DNA of 63,948 bases, filler included, from Myxococcota bacterium (GTDB lineage Bacteria > Myxococcota > Myxococcia > Myxococcales > Myxococcaceae): the NCBI GenBank assembly GCA_049322255.1. It is 3 parts of 3 records of this genome, joined end to end, with 100 filler letters (N's around TTAATTAATTAA, not from the genome) between each part and the next. Parts side by side here need not be neighbours in the genome. Positions count along the whole stretch, not along the records: positions 45,640 to 63,948 come from JBMORE010000087.1; 2 more parts are not named here. One strand, 5' to 3'. Numbering within the stretch: the first letter of the stretch is position 1; every line of letters begins with the position of its first letter. The notes beneath the pieces are model-generated. The model made no database searches. It was not told the DNA's origin and saw only the letters and a list, made by a program, of their open reading frames with translations. The position numbers and the translations under genes were made by a program. Below are positions 49,569-59,129 of this stretch, piece by piece.

Positions 49569-52034
49569 GTGAACGTCGCCTTGCCAGCGTCGCGGGGCCG
49601 GGTGCTGCTCTTGGGCAGCCCCGCGTCGACCCACGAGCTCCTGACGGAGCTGACGGCGGCGGGCTATTTCTGCGCTGCGGCAGAGCAGAATTCGTTGCAA
49701 TCGACGGCGGCGAAGCTTCGGCCCGAGGCGATCGTACTGGCCACGTCCGCGGCCCGTGCGTCGGAGGCGCTGCGTGAGGTGCGCGCCGACGAGACGTTGC
49801 GCCATCTGCCGGTGCTCGCCGAGGTGTCAGGGCGGGGGGGGCAAGCGCTCCGGCGGCTGGGCGTGGACGAGCTGGTGCGAACCCGTGACGAGCTCACCGT
49901 GCGCCTTTCGGCGGCGATTCGCGCCAAGCGCTTGGTGGAGCGCGAGGAGCAGGCCCGGCGCCGCATGGAGGCGCTTTTGGAAATCACCCAGGCCGCCACC
50001 AGCTCGCTCGAGCTGGAGCAAATCCTCGGTATCGCGGTGGAGAAGATTGGGAAAGTCATCTCCTCCGATCGCTGCTCGGTGGTGCTGGTGGAGGGAGAGG
50101 GCCCACGGGTGGCGAGGGTGGTGGCTTCCCACGACGTGCCCAACTTCGCCCCCTTCGCGCTCGACCTGGTGCGTTACCCCGAGCTCCGCCGGGCGTTGGA
50201 GACCCGCTCCGCGGTGCAGGTCGACGACGTGGCCAAAGACCCGTTGATGGCCGAGGTGCGCCCGGTGGTGGTGGGGCTGGGAATCAAATCGGTGATGGTG
50301 CACCCTTTGGTGTGCCACGACGACCTCTTGGGAGCCATCTTCCTGCGCCTGTCGCGGTCCGATGAGTCGTTCACCCGGGAGGACAGCGCGTTCGCCCAGG
50401 CCGTCGCCGCCGCGCTCGCCAACTCCATTCGCAACGCGCGCTTGCACACCGCGCTCAAAAGGAAGCGCGAAGACTTGGAGTCGGCCTACGTCGACCGCTA
50501 CCGGGACCTGCTCGAGGCCAACCAGCGCCTGCGTGACGCCAGCCGGATAAAGGACGAGCTCATGGCCGTCTGCTCCCACGACTTGCGTGCGCCTCTTCAA
50601 GTCTTGCTCGGGCACGGGCGGCTCTTGCTCGACGGCGGTTTGCCTGCGCCGCAGAAGTCGTCGGTGGAGGCGGTGGTGCGCATGGGGCGGAAGATTCTCG
50701 AGCTGGTGGAGAGCTTGCTCGAGCGCGGGCGGGGCGACGGTGGGCGGCTGGGGCTCGACCCGCGGCCCTTGGACATCGCCGAGGTCTGCAAAGAAACCAC
50801 CGCCGAGCTCGAGATTCTCGCCGCCGAGCGGGGCGTGTCCTTGCGCGCCGAGACTCCCGAGAGCCTGGTGGTGGTGGGCGACGAGGTGAAGATGCGGCAG
50901 GTGGTGCAAAACTTGATGACCAACGCCATTCACCACGCGCGCGCCTCGGGCGAGGTGGTGTTGCGGGTGCAACGGCTCAAGCGGCCCGACGGCGACGCGG
51001 CGAAGGTGATGGTGCAGGACGACGGGCAGGGCGTCTCTGCCGACCAGCTGCAGCTGCTCTTCGACAAGTACCACCAGGGGAAGAGCGGTGTGGGGTTGGG
51101 GCTCACCATCTGCAAGGATTTCATCGAGCTCCACGGCGGGGAGATCTGGGCCGAGGCGACCGAAGGCGGGGGCTCGACCTTCGTCTTCACACTGCCGCTG
51201 GCGCGGCCGTTGGAGGAGCTGTCGCGGAAACCTCCGCCGCAGGAAAGCCCAGAGCCCTCCCGCGTGCTGGTGGTGGAAGACGAGCCAGAGGTGGCGGCGG
51301 TCGTCGCCGAGATTTTGCGCTCGCGGTACCGGGTGGAGGTCGCCCGCGATGGGGAGGAGGGTGTTGCCAAGGCACACGCACTGCGGCCGGACCTGGTGGT
51401 GATGGACGTCTTCCTCCCTAAGCTCGACGGGCTCGACGCCGCCGTCGCGCTCAAGCAGTCGCCCGACACGGCGGAGATACCGGTCATTTTGCTCTCGGCG
51501 CACCAGGGGGTGTCGGACAAGGTTCGCGCTCTCAACCTCGGCGCGGTGGACTACCTGGGTAAGCCCTTCCAGGCGATGGAGCTTTTGGGATGCGCCGATC
51601 GCGCCATTCGCCTGAGCCAGGCAGAAAAAGAGCTTTCCCGCAGCCGCTCGCTGTTGCGCAAAAGCGGCAACGACCCCGAGACCGGGTTGTTCGATCGGGT
51701 AGGCCTGCTCCTGCGTCTCGACCAAGAGCTGTCTCGCGCTCGTCGTTACCAACGGCCGCTGGCGGTGGCGGTCCTCACCCCGGGTGCGCCGGTGGGGGAC
51801 AAGCTGCGTGCCTTCGCCGCCCAGGTGCGTTTGAAGCTGCGTTCGTCCGACGTGGTGGGACACCTGGGCGAAGGGCGGCTGGCGGTGCTGCTCCCCGAAT
51901 CCACCGAAGAGGCAGGGCGCCAGTTCCTGTCGCGGCTGGCGCCGGAGGTCGAGGAGGTCACGGGCGTTTCGTTCCGCTCCCAGGTGCGCGACCTTTCCGG
52001 TTGCGCGAAAGTGCCCGACGGCTTGCTGGATTAG
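49569..52034 (+). CDS. sgmT: Hybrid histidine kinase GAF-HisKA-HATPase-REC-degenerate GGDEF (SgmT-like)
   Basis: GAF, SHDLRAPL, NAI.H, DDGQG, GLGL, REC, DPETGL, I-site RSSD then GEGRL in place of GGDEF; gene order as recalled for M. xanthus sgmT upstream of agmH-bacNOP. Confidence 0.82.
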   Translation: MNVALPASRGRVLLLGSPASTHELLTELTAAGYFCAAAEQNSLQSTAAKLRPEAIVLATSAARASEALREVRADETLRHLPVLAEVSGRGGQALRRLGVDELVRTRDELTVRLSAAIRAKRLVEREEQARRRMEALLEITQAATSSLELEQILGIAVEKIGKVISSDRCSVVLVEGEGPRVARVVASHDVPNFAPFALDLVRYPELRRALETRSAVQVDDVAKDPLMAEVRPVVVGLGIKSVMVHPLVCHDDLLGAIFLRLSRSDESFTREDSAFAQAVAAALANSIRNARLHTALKRKREDLESAYVDRYRDLLEANQRLRDASRIKDELMAVCSHDLRAPLQVLLGHGRLLLDGGLPAPQKSSVEAVVRMGRKILELVESLLERGRGDGGRLGLDPRPLDIAEVCKETTAELEILAAERGVSLRAETPESLVVVGDEVKMRQVVQNLMTNAIHHARASGEVVLRVQRLKRPDGDAAKVMVQDDGQGVSADQLQLLFDKYHQGKSGVGLGLTICKDFIELHGGEIWAEATEGGGSTFVFTLPLARPLEELSRKPPPQESPEPSRVLVVEDEPEVAAVVAEILRSRYRVEVARDGEEGVAKAHALRPDLVVMDVFLPKLDGLDAAVALKQSPDTAEIPVILLSAHQGVSDKVRALNLGAVDYLGKPFQAMELLGCADRAIRLSQAEKELSRSRSLLRKSGNDPETGLFDRVGLLLRLDQELSRARRYQRPLAVAVLTPGAPVGDKLRAFAAQVRLKLRSSDVVGHLGEGRLAVLLPESTEEAGRQFLSRLAPEVEEVTGVSFRSQVRDLSGCAKVPDGLLD

Positions 52035-52043
52035 AATCACCCC

Positions 52044-53894
52044 GTGGTCTGGTTTTTTCTCCCCCTCTTCGCCTGTCAGGTCGCCTTCGCCGGCGCTCCC
52101 ACCCGTCCCAAGGTCGACACGCAGGCGATGCGCGAGGCGATGCAGGCGGGCGACGACGAGTACTTCGGCTCGTCGTCTTCGTACGCGCACTTTCTTCGTT
52201 CCCGCCTGGCCCACCACCAGGGGGACCACAGCCAGGCCTTGGAGGAGATGCGGCTGGCGCTCGCCTCCGACGACGGCAACCCCTACCTCCTCACCGCGCT
52301 CGCCGAAGAATACGCGCGCGTCGGAGACTTGGGCCGTGCCGAGCGCGAGCTGCGCAAGGTGATTGAAACCCGCCCGGAGTATTTTGCCGCCCAGCTCCTC
52401 ATGGGTCGGGTGCTCTTCGAGGCGCAAAGGCTCACCCGGGCCAAGGTGCACCTGTCGCGGGCCATCGCGCTGGCGCCCAGCGTCCCCGAGCCGTACCTGG
52501 TGCTCATCCAGTTGTGGCTCGAGCAGGGAAAGCCCGACGAGGCGGTTCGGGTGGCGGAGGAGCTGGGGGCCGCGCTCCCGGGGGACCCGGTGGGTTACAA
52601 GCGCTTGGGTCTTTCATTCGCCGAGCGGGGAGACCTTGCACGCGCCGAGCGAATGCTTTCCCGCGCCGCCGAGCGCGACCCGAGCGACTTCGAGACCTGG
52701 GTGGCGCTCGCGCAGCTCTACGAAGCGACCGATCGCCCAGCCGACGCCGAGGGCGCCTTTGCCAAGGCGCTCGAGCGCGACCCGTGGAGCCGCGAGGTGT
52801 TGCTGGCTGCGGGCCGCGTGTCCTTGCGCATGGGCGATTCGGTGAAGGCGCGGGCGTACTTCGATCGGCTGTTGGCCGTCTCGCGCGACCCTGAGCTCGC
52901 GGTGAGGGTCGCCTTCAGCTACCTCACCACCCGCCAGCTCCCGGCCGCGGCCGAGGTGCTGGAGAGCGCCCGTGCGGCGGGCATGCGCGAGCCGCGCATT
53001 CATTTCTATGCCGGGCTGGTGCACGAGAAGCTGCGCCGCTACCAGAGCGCCGCCGAGGCCTACGCCGCGGTGGAGCCCGAAGCGGGCGAGCTCTTTCACG
53101 AGGCGCGCATGCACCGCGCCAGCTGCGTCTCGATGCTCGGCCAGCACAAGCTCGCTTTGCAGCTTTTTCGCGAGGGGCTTGTCGACAAGCCCCAGTATCT
53201 CCAGCTGCGGACGAGCTATGCCCGGGCGCTCGAGCGAGCCGGGCAGGCGGCGCAGGCCGAGAGCTTCTTGGCCAAGTCCATCGACGAGGCGCCGGTGCCC
53301 GAGCTGTTCGAGGCCCTGTCCTCTCTTTACGAGCGCCAGGGCCGGTTGGCCGACGCCATCGAGCTGCTCACCGGTGCGCTGGCCAGCCGGCCGCGGGACG
53401 AGGCGCTGCTCTTCACCCTCGGCGCCACGTACGAGAAGAAGGGCGACGTGGCCCGCTCGCTGGAGAAGATGCGCGCGGTGTTGGCGGTGAACCCCGACAA
53501 CGCGCTGGCGCTCAACTTCATCGGTTACACGCTCGCCGAGCGCAACCTGGACCTCGACGAGGCCGAGCGACTGCTGCGCCGCGCGCTGGAGCTGCGCCCC
53601 GACACCGGCGCCTTTCTCGACTCCTTGGGTTGGGTCTACTTCCGCAAAGGTGACTTCCCGCGCGCGGCCGAGCTGATCGAGCGCGCCCTCTTTCTCACTC
53701 CCGGTCAGCCGACCATCCACGAGCACCTAGGTGACGTCTACACCCATCTGGCCCGCCGCCAAGACGCCGCCGGCGAGTACCGCCGAGCCCTGGAGGCGCT
53801 GCGCGAAGCGCCTGAGTTGGCCGACTCGAAGGTTCAGCGGACGGCCATCGAACGAAAGCTGAAGTTGCTATCCACCGGCGAGAAGGGCCGTTAA
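52044..53894 (+). CDS. Exported TPR-repeat protein
   Basis: Many TPRs; C-terminal ALNFIGY.LAE...FLDSLGWVYF...EHLGD. Confidence 0.9.
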   Translation: MVWFFLPLFACQVAFAGAPTRPKVDTQAMREAMQAGDDEYFGSSSSYAHFLRSRLAHHQGDHSQALEEMRLALASDDGNPYLLTALAEEYARVGDLGRAERELRKVIETRPEYFAAQLLMGRVLFEAQRLTRAKVHLSRAIALAPSVPEPYLVLIQLWLEQGKPDEAVRVAEELGAALPGDPVGYKRLGLSFAERGDLARAERMLSRAAERDPSDFETWVALAQLYEATDRPADAEGAFAKALERDPWSREVLLAAGRVSLRMGDSVKARAYFDRLLAVSRDPELAVRVAFSYLTTRQLPAAAEVLESARAAGMREPRIHFYAGLVHEKLRRYQSAAEAYAAVEPEAGELFHEARMHRASCVSMLGQHKLALQLFREGLVDKPQYLQLRTSYARALERAGQAAQAESFLAKSIDEAPVPELFEALSSLYERQGRLADAIELLTGALASRPRDEALLFTLGATYEKKGDVARSLEKMRAVLAVNPDNALALNFIGYTLAERNLDLDEAERLLRRALELRPDTGAFLDSLGWVYFRKGDFPRAAELIERALFLTPGQPTIHEHLGDVYTHLARRQDAAGEYRRALEALREAPELADSKVQRTAIERKLKLLSTGEKGR

Positions 53895-53906
53895 GTTCCA
53901 CGCGCG

Positions 53907-54746
53907 ATGGGCCGCGACGAAGGGTTCTTTTCCGCCAAAGACAACTTACGCCTGTTCTGGGAGACCACCCGGCCCTCCGACGGCCGGGTGGCGAAGGCGC
54001 ACGTGGGCATCGTGCACGGTTACGCCGATCACGCCGGTCGCTACCGCAAGACGATCGACGCCTTGGCCGGCGAGGGATTCGTCGTGCACGCGTTCGACTA
54101 CCGGGGCCACGGCCAGGCCGACGGGCGGCGGGGGCACTGCGACCGTTTCGAAGAGTACGTCGACGACCTCGAACGCTTCTGGCAACGGGTGCGCGAGGCC
54201 GCCGGAAAGACCCCCGCCTTCCTGCTCGCCCACAGCCACGGGGCCCTGATGACGCTCCACTTTTTGCGGCGGCGGCCGGAAGGGCTTCGGGGAACCGTGC
54301 TCTCGGCGCCGTACTTGAAGCTGGCCTTCACGCCCAACCCGCTCCAGGTCATCGCCGCGCGTGCGGTGGGCGTCATCGTTCCCTGGCTGCCGCAGAAGAT
54401 GCCCTTGGCTCCCGAAACGCTCACCCGCGACACGCAGGAGCAGCACCAGGCGGCCCACGACCCGCTCTACAACCGCACCCTCACCGTGCGCTGGTTCGTC
54501 GAGTGCACCCGGGCTCAGGCGCAGGCGACGCGGCTGGGGCCTGTCGTCACCTTGCCGGTCTTCACCCTTTTCGGCTCGGAAGACGCGGTGGCCTCGCCGA
54601 CGGCCACCCGGGCGTTCTTCGACACCATCGCCTCCAACGACAAAAAGCTCAAAGAGTACCCCGGCATGCGGCACGAGCCGCTCAACGAGATCGGCCGGGA
54701 GGAAGTATGGCGTGACATCTCGGGCTGGATCTCGGCGCATCTGTGA
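53907..54746 (+). CDS. agmH: Alpha/beta-hydrolase, lysophospholipase-like (AgmH-like)
   Basis: VHGYADH..RY, DYRGHG, AHSHG nucleophile, D.VA, RHE; position upstream of the bactofilin cluster. Confidence 0.75.
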   Translation: MGRDEGFFSAKDNLRLFWETTRPSDGRVAKAHVGIVHGYADHAGRYRKTIDALAGEGFVVHAFDYRGHGQADGRRGHCDRFEEYVDDLERFWQRVREAAGKTPAFLLAHSHGALMTLHFLRRRPEGLRGTVLSAPYLKLAFTPNPLQVIAARAVGVIVPWLPQKMPLAPETLTRDTQEQHQAAHDPLYNRTLTVRWFVECTRAQAQATRLGPVVTLPVFTLFGSEDAVASPTATRAFFDTIASNDKKLKEYPGMRHEPLNEIGREEVWRDISGWISAHL

Positions 54747-54797
54747 CGTAGCGTGCCCACGGCGTCTTCGGGGAGCTTCGAAGAGGGGAATTGACGC

Positions 54798-55139
54798 ATG
54801 GCCCAGGGCGACATCAACATCATCGGCAAGGGAATCACCATTCGCGGCAGTCTCACCGGCGGCGGCGATCTGGTCATCGAGGGGCGGGTGGAGGGGCAGA
54901 TCGCCCTCAAGAACCACCTGACCATCGAAGGCACGGGCAAGGTCGAGGCCGACATCCGCGCCGAAGAGCTGACCATCAACGGCGAGGCGAGCGGCAACAT
55001 CGATGCCTCCTCGAAGGTGGCGATCAACGCGAGCGCCAAGGTGGCAGGAGACATCAAGGCGCCGCGGGTGGTGATCGAGGACGGCGCCGTGTTCAACGGC
55101 TCTGTCGAGATGGACGTCAAACTACCAGAGGACATCTAA
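54798..55139 (+). CDS. bacN: Bactofilin BacN
   Basis: IG.GI.I.G.L.G..DL.IEG.VEG.I...GAVFNG bactofilin domain; first of three tandem paralogues. Confidence 0.85.
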   Translation: MAQGDINIIGKGITIRGSLTGGGDLVIEGRVEGQIALKNHLTIEGTGKVEADIRAEELTINGEASGNIDASSKVAINASAKVAGDIKAPRVVIEDGAVFNGSVEMDVKLPEDI

Positions 55140-55144
55140 GAGTA

Positions 55145-55180
55145 CCCCTCTCCTTCGTGGGAGAGGGCAAGGGTGAGGGG
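55145..55180 (-). repeat. REP-like element between bacN and bacO
   Basis: CCCCTCTCCTTCGTGGGAGAGGGCAAGGGTGAGGGG. Confidence 0.8.
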
Positions 55181-55191
55181 AGTCACGCACA

Positions 55192-55515
55192 ATGGCGAAC
55201 ACGGTCATCGGGTCGAGCATCGTCATCGACGGAGAGATCTCCGGCGATGAAGACTTGGTCATCCAGGGTACGGTGAAGGGAAAGATCAGTCTCAAGGAGA
55301 GCCTCTTCGTGGAGGGCTCGGGCGTGGTCGAGGCGGACATCGACACCCAGAACGTCGAGATCGCCGGCCGGGTGACCGGCAACATCTCGGCGAGCGACAA
55401 GGTCGAGCTCAAGAGCGAGTGCCGGGTGGTGGGCGACATTCGCGCTCCGCGCATCCTCATTTCCGACGGAGCCTCGTTCAAGGGCAACGTCGACATGGAC
55501 GTGAAGGAACGCTGA
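55192..55515 (+). CDS. bacO: Bactofilin BacO
   Basis: Bactofilin domain TVIG...G.EDL...GASFKG.VDM; second paralogue. Confidence 0.87.
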   Translation: MANTVIGSSIVIDGEISGDEDLVIQGTVKGKISLKESLFVEGSGVVEADIDTQNVEIAGRVTGNISASDKVELKSECRVVGDIRAPRILISDGASFKGNVDMDVKER

Positions 55516-55519
55516 CGCC

Positions 55520-56104
55520 ATGGCGACTCCCAAGGAATTTGGTGGCGGCGCGGACAACACGGTGATCGGTCCCTCCATCCTCATCAGCGGCAAGCTGACC
55601 GGAGATGAGGACCTCACCGTTCGCGGCCGGGTGGAGGGGGAGCTCACCCTCTCGCATACCTTGATCGTCGAGCCGTCGGGCATCGTCAAGGCCAACGTGG
55701 CGGTGAAGAACGCCATCGTGTCGGGGGTGGTGGTGGGTAACATCACCGCCACCGAGAGCGTCGAGCTCACCCGCGAGGGCCGCATGGTGGGCGACATTCG
55801 CTCGCCGCGTGTCATCATCGTCGATGGCGCCAGCTTCCGCGGTCGGGTGGACATGGGCGAGGTCGAGCCCGGCCGGGCTGCCGAGCGCCCGCGCGCGACG
55901 GTACGGCCGGCCATTCGCGCGGTGGCGCCTCCGCCCCGCCCGTCGCCTGCACCCGCAGCCGGGCCGCCGCGCCCGCCCCCTGTGCCCACGAAGATCGAAA
56001 AGGGCAAGCCAGCGGCCAAGCCGTTGCCGCCTCCTCCGCCCGCAGCGCCGGCGGTGGCCGAGGCGGGCAAGAAGAAGGTCGTGGTGAAGAAGAAGGTGAA
56101 GTGA
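55520..56104 (+). CDS. bacP: Bactofilin BacP
   Basis: Bactofilin domain, Pro-rich extension and KKKVVVKKK C-terminus characteristic of BacP. Confidence 0.88.
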   Translation: MATPKEFGGGADNTVIGPSILISGKLTGDEDLTVRGRVEGELTLSHTLIVEPSGIVKANVAVKNAIVSGVVVGNITATESVELTREGRMVGDIRSPRVIIVDGASFRGRVDMGEVEPGRAAERPRATVRPAIRAVAPPPRPSPAPAAGPPRPPPVPTKIEKGKPAAKPLPPPPPAAPAVAEAGKKKVVVKKKVK

Positions 56105-56149
56105 GCCACTTCCCTCTCCTGCGCGAACGGGGTAACTCTCGAGCTGCTC

Positions 56150-56875
56150 GTGGAAGCGGAGAATCCGACCAACCCGCCGGCTGAAGGCGAAGCGAACGCC
56201 GAGGCAGCGCCCACCGCGCCCGTGGCCACGGTGGTCTCCTTGCCCGAACGCGGGCGTAAAAGTCATGTCGCCCCCGCGCTCATCGCCCTCGACCGGGTGG
56301 AGGAGGACTTCACCTTTCGTCTCCGGCCTGAAGGGGAGCTGTCCTTGCTCGCCACCGATCTGGCGCGGCTGGGGCAGCTCTTCCCCGTCGACTTGCGGCT
56401 TCGGCCGCCCGACCGCTTCCAGATCGTCTGCGGCTTTCGCCGGGTGGCGGCCCTGCGCTTCTTGCAGCGCGACAAGGTGCTGGCGCGGCTGCACACCGAC
56501 CTCTCCGACGAAGACGCGCTCTTGATGGCGCTGGCGTCGGCGATTCATGGGCAGGGGGTGGGGCAGGAGGAGCTGTCGATGGTGCGGGCGCGGCTTCAAC
56601 AGGAGGGCCGGCTCACCTCAACCGCTCGCGACATGCTGGACAAGGCGCTCTCGGGTGGCGACGAGCTCGGCCCGGAGTCGGTGGAGGACGAGGAGGAGCA
56701 AGAGGTCGACGCCGACGAGCTGGCCGCCAACGTCACCTTGCGCCTAGGAGAGCTGAACCAGGACCTCTCCTTGCTCGCCGACGTGTTCGGCTCTCTCGAC
56801 GAAGAGCGCAAGGCTGAGCTGTTGGAGCAGCTTCGCTACTCCGCCGAACTGGTGGCCTTCCTCGAGGGCCGCTGA
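56150..56875 (+). CDS. padC: ParB-like CTP-binding adaptor PadC
   Basis: ParB/Srx domain with F.LR and GQLFP.D, GFRRVAA; directly downstream of bacP. Confidence 0.85.
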   Translation: MEAENPTNPPAEGEANAEAAPTAPVATVVSLPERGRKSHVAPALIALDRVEEDFTFRLRPEGELSLLATDLARLGQLFPVDLRLRPPDRFQIVCGFRRVAALRFLQRDKVLARLHTDLSDEDALLMALASAIHGQGVGQEELSMVRARLQQEGRLTSTARDMLDKALSGGDELGPESVEDEEEQEVDADELAANVTLRLGELNQDLSLLADVFGSLDEERKAELLEQLRYSAELVAFLEGR

Positions 56876-56876
56876 A

Positions 56877-57428
56877 GTGGACGAGCGCGCGCGGCTGCTC
56901 GCGCTGCTCACCCGCCTCTCCTTCGAGCGACGCAAGGTGGTGCTCGCCTCGGGCCGCGAATCGGACTTCTACATCGACTGCAAGCGCACTGCGTTGACCG
57001 CCGAGGGGCACTACCTCATCGGGCGGCTTTTCTTTTTGGCCATCCAAGAGCGCTGTCCCGAGGTGAAGGGCGTGGGCGGGTTGACTCTGGGCGCCGACCC
57101 CTTGGCGTCGGCGGTGAGCCTCACCAGCTACCTTCAGGGCAAGCCGCTGTCTGCCTTCATCGTCCGCAAAGAACCCAAGGGGCACGGCACCGGGCAGTGG
57201 CTCGAGCGACCCGCGACGCTGGAGGAAGGCGCAAAGGTAGCGATTCTCGAAGACGTCATCACCACCGGGGGCTCGTCGCTCAAGGCGATCGAGCGCGCCC
57301 AGGCCGAAGGTTTCCAGGTGGCGGGGTGCTTCGCCCTCGTCGACAGGCTCGAGGGCGGCCGCGAGGCGATTGAAGCCAAGGGCGTTTCGGTGACCGCGCT
57401 CTTCACCCGCAAGGATTTCATCCCTTGA
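56877..57428 (+). CDS. pyrE: Orotate phosphoribosyltransferase
   Basis: LASGRESDFYID, VRKEPKGHGT, LEDVITTGGS, LVDR. Confidence 0.95.
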   Translation: MDERARLLALLTRLSFERRKVVLASGRESDFYIDCKRTALTAEGHYLIGRLFFLAIQERCPEVKGVGGLTLGADPLASAVSLTSYLQGKPLSAFIVRKEPKGHGTGQWLERPATLEEGAKVAILEDVITTGGSSLKAIERAQAEGFQVAGCFALVDRLEGGREAIEAKGVSVTALFTRKDFIP

Positions 57429-57449
57429 TGGCTTTCGGGTTTTTCCGAC

Positions 57450-57738
57450 TCAAGGCACCGAGCCACGGGGAACGACCCATTCCATTCTCTGGCCCGTCGC
57501 CGCGGCGATCAGGTCGAAATCGCGATCGTAATGGAGCACGGTGAGGCCCGTTCGTTCGGCGATCGCAGCGATCAACAAGTCCGGAATGCTCGCACCGCGA
57601 TGGTGGCCGCGCCGGGCGAGTAGTTCCATGACCTTCGTCGCGCGCTCGGTCGATGGTGTCCTTGATCCCCTTCGTGCCGAGCACTTTTTGTGCACGCCGG
57701 AGCTTCTTTTCGTCCAAAACGAGGGTCGTTTTGTGCAT
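57450..57738 (-). pseudogene. vapBC toxin-antitoxin remnant: antitoxin 5' part fused out of frame to the PIN toxin 3' part
   Basis: [32 protein letters not shown] (VapB-like), then [29 protein letters not shown]...LTVLHYD.DFD.IA..TGQ..EWV (VapC C-terminal half). Confidence 0.82.
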
Positions 57739-57803
57739 GAGGGCAGTATGGTCCTCGGCGTTGTGAACAGCAATACGGTGCCTTCGAATGAGCCATATCG
57801 AGG

Positions 57804-58391
57804 CTACGTTTCTTCGCGGGTGATCCACTTCACCGTAGGGGGCGGCACTTGGTGGGAGAGGAGCCGGGTCAGGAGTGCCTCGGGCTCGCGTTCCGCCACC
57901 ACCGCCGGAGCGAGCTCCTGGGGGATGAAGCCCGCATCCAGCCCGGAGCGGATCTGCGCGAGCAGCGGCTCGTAGTAGCCGCCCACGTTGAGCAGCCCCG
58001 CGGGCTTTCGATGCAGACCGAGCTGGGTCCAGGTGACGATTTCGAGAAACTCCTCGAACGTCCCAAAGCCCCCGGGCATGGCGATGAAGCCGTCGGAGAG
58101 ACGCTCCATCAGCGCCTTGCGCTCGTGCATGGTGGACACCACGTGCAGCTGGGTGAGGCCGTCGTGGGCGATCTCCTTGGCGGCCAGCCCTCCGGGGATG
58201 ACGCCGTGCACCTCGCCGCCGTCCGCCAACACCGCGTCGGCGATCGCGCCCATCAGCCCCACGCTGGCGCCGCCGTAGACCAGGCCGATCTTCTGTGCCG
58301 CCAGCGCGCGGCCCAGGCGCTTCGCCGCGTCGGCGAACTCAGGATGAATGCCATTCTTCGAGCCACAGAAAACACAGATTCGCGAAATCAC
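57804..58391 (-). CDS. LOG-family (TIGR00730-type) nucleotide phosphoribohydrolase
   Basis: ICVFCGS, LVYGG..VGLMG, MHERK, PGGFGTFEE. Confidence 0.94.
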   Translation of the reverse strand: MISRICVFCGSKNGIHPEFADAAKRLGRALAAQKIGLVYGGASVGLMGAIADAVLADGGEVHGVIPGGLAAKEIAHDGLTQLHVVSTMHERKALMERLSDGFIAMPGGFGTFEEFLEIVTWTQLGLHRKPAGLLNVGGYYEPLLAQIRSGLDAGFIPQELAPAVVAEREPEALLTRLLSHQVPPPTVKWITREET

Positions 58392-59125
58392 GGCATCCCT
58401 CTCCCCGTGGAAGAGGGCAAGGGTGAGGGACCCGCGAAATACCCCGCTCCCGCAAGAACGACCAGACACGCGACGACGAACAGAACGATCGGCGCCGCGT
58501 AACGAAAACGTGGTGCCCCTCCCCGCAGCGCCCAGCCGAGCGGCAGCCCGAAGAGGAAGCCGCCCAAGTGGCCCTGCCAGCTGATGCCCGGGAGCAAGCT
58601 GATGACGGCGATCTGCAAAAGCCACGTGGAAAGCTCTCGCCGGCCCCGCTGGGTGGCGATGGGCAGCATCACCCCCGCGTAGCCGATGATCATCCCCGAG
58701 GCGCCCAGGGTCGGCTGCTGGTACGCGAAGAGGAGCACGAACAGCGAGGAGCCGAGCGCAGTGACGAGGCTGACCAGCGCGAATCGCCAGGGCCTGATCG
58801 CCCGCTCCAGCGTTTGGCCCAGCGTCCACACCACCGACATGTTCAGCGCGAGGTGCAGCCAGTTCCCGTGCGCGAAGACGGTGGCAACCACGCGCCACCA
58901 TTCGCCTTGGCGCACGTACGGCCCGTAGACCAGTCCTTCCTGCATCAGCGCGCCGAGCTGTTCACCGGGAAGGGCGACGAGGAACTGGTCGGCGGCGAAT
59001 GCCACGACGGCGAGGGCGAGCACCGTCATGCTCACCGGAGCCAGCGGGGGCCGTGGCGGCGGCGGCTCCGCACCAGGTTGTCCTCCAGGCGGAGGGCTCA
59101 GCACTTGCCGCTCTTGCAGGGCCAA
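58388..59125 (-). CDS. Rhomboid intramembrane serine protease
   Basis: EWWR, H.NWLHL..NM, GASG (catalytic Ser), GHLGG (catalytic His); TTG start at 59125 is tentative. Confidence 0.92.
   Translation of the reverse strand: MALQERQVLSPPPGGQPGAEPPPPRPPLAPVSMTVLALAVVAFAADQFLVALPGEQLGALMQEGLVYGPYVRQGEWWRVVATVFAHGNWLHLALNMSVVWTLGQTLERAIRPWRFALVSLVTALGSSLFVLLFAYQQPTLGASGMIIGYAGVMLPIATQRGRRELSTWLLQIAVISLLPGISWQGHLGGFLFGLPLGWALRGGAPRFRYAAPIVLFVVACLVVLAGAGYFAGPSPLPSSTGRGMP
58393..58435 (-). repeat. REP-like element inside the 3' end of the rhomboid CDS
   Basis: Reverse complement GCGGGTCCCTCACCCTTGCCCTCTTCCACGGGGAGAGGGATGC, nearly identical to 9430-9472. Confidence 0.85.
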
Positions 59126-59129
59126 GCCG

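Noticed and set aside
56109..56135. Additional REP copy after bacP
   Set aside because: Only CCCTCTCC matches; the hairpin partner and CCCCTCACCC arm are missing.
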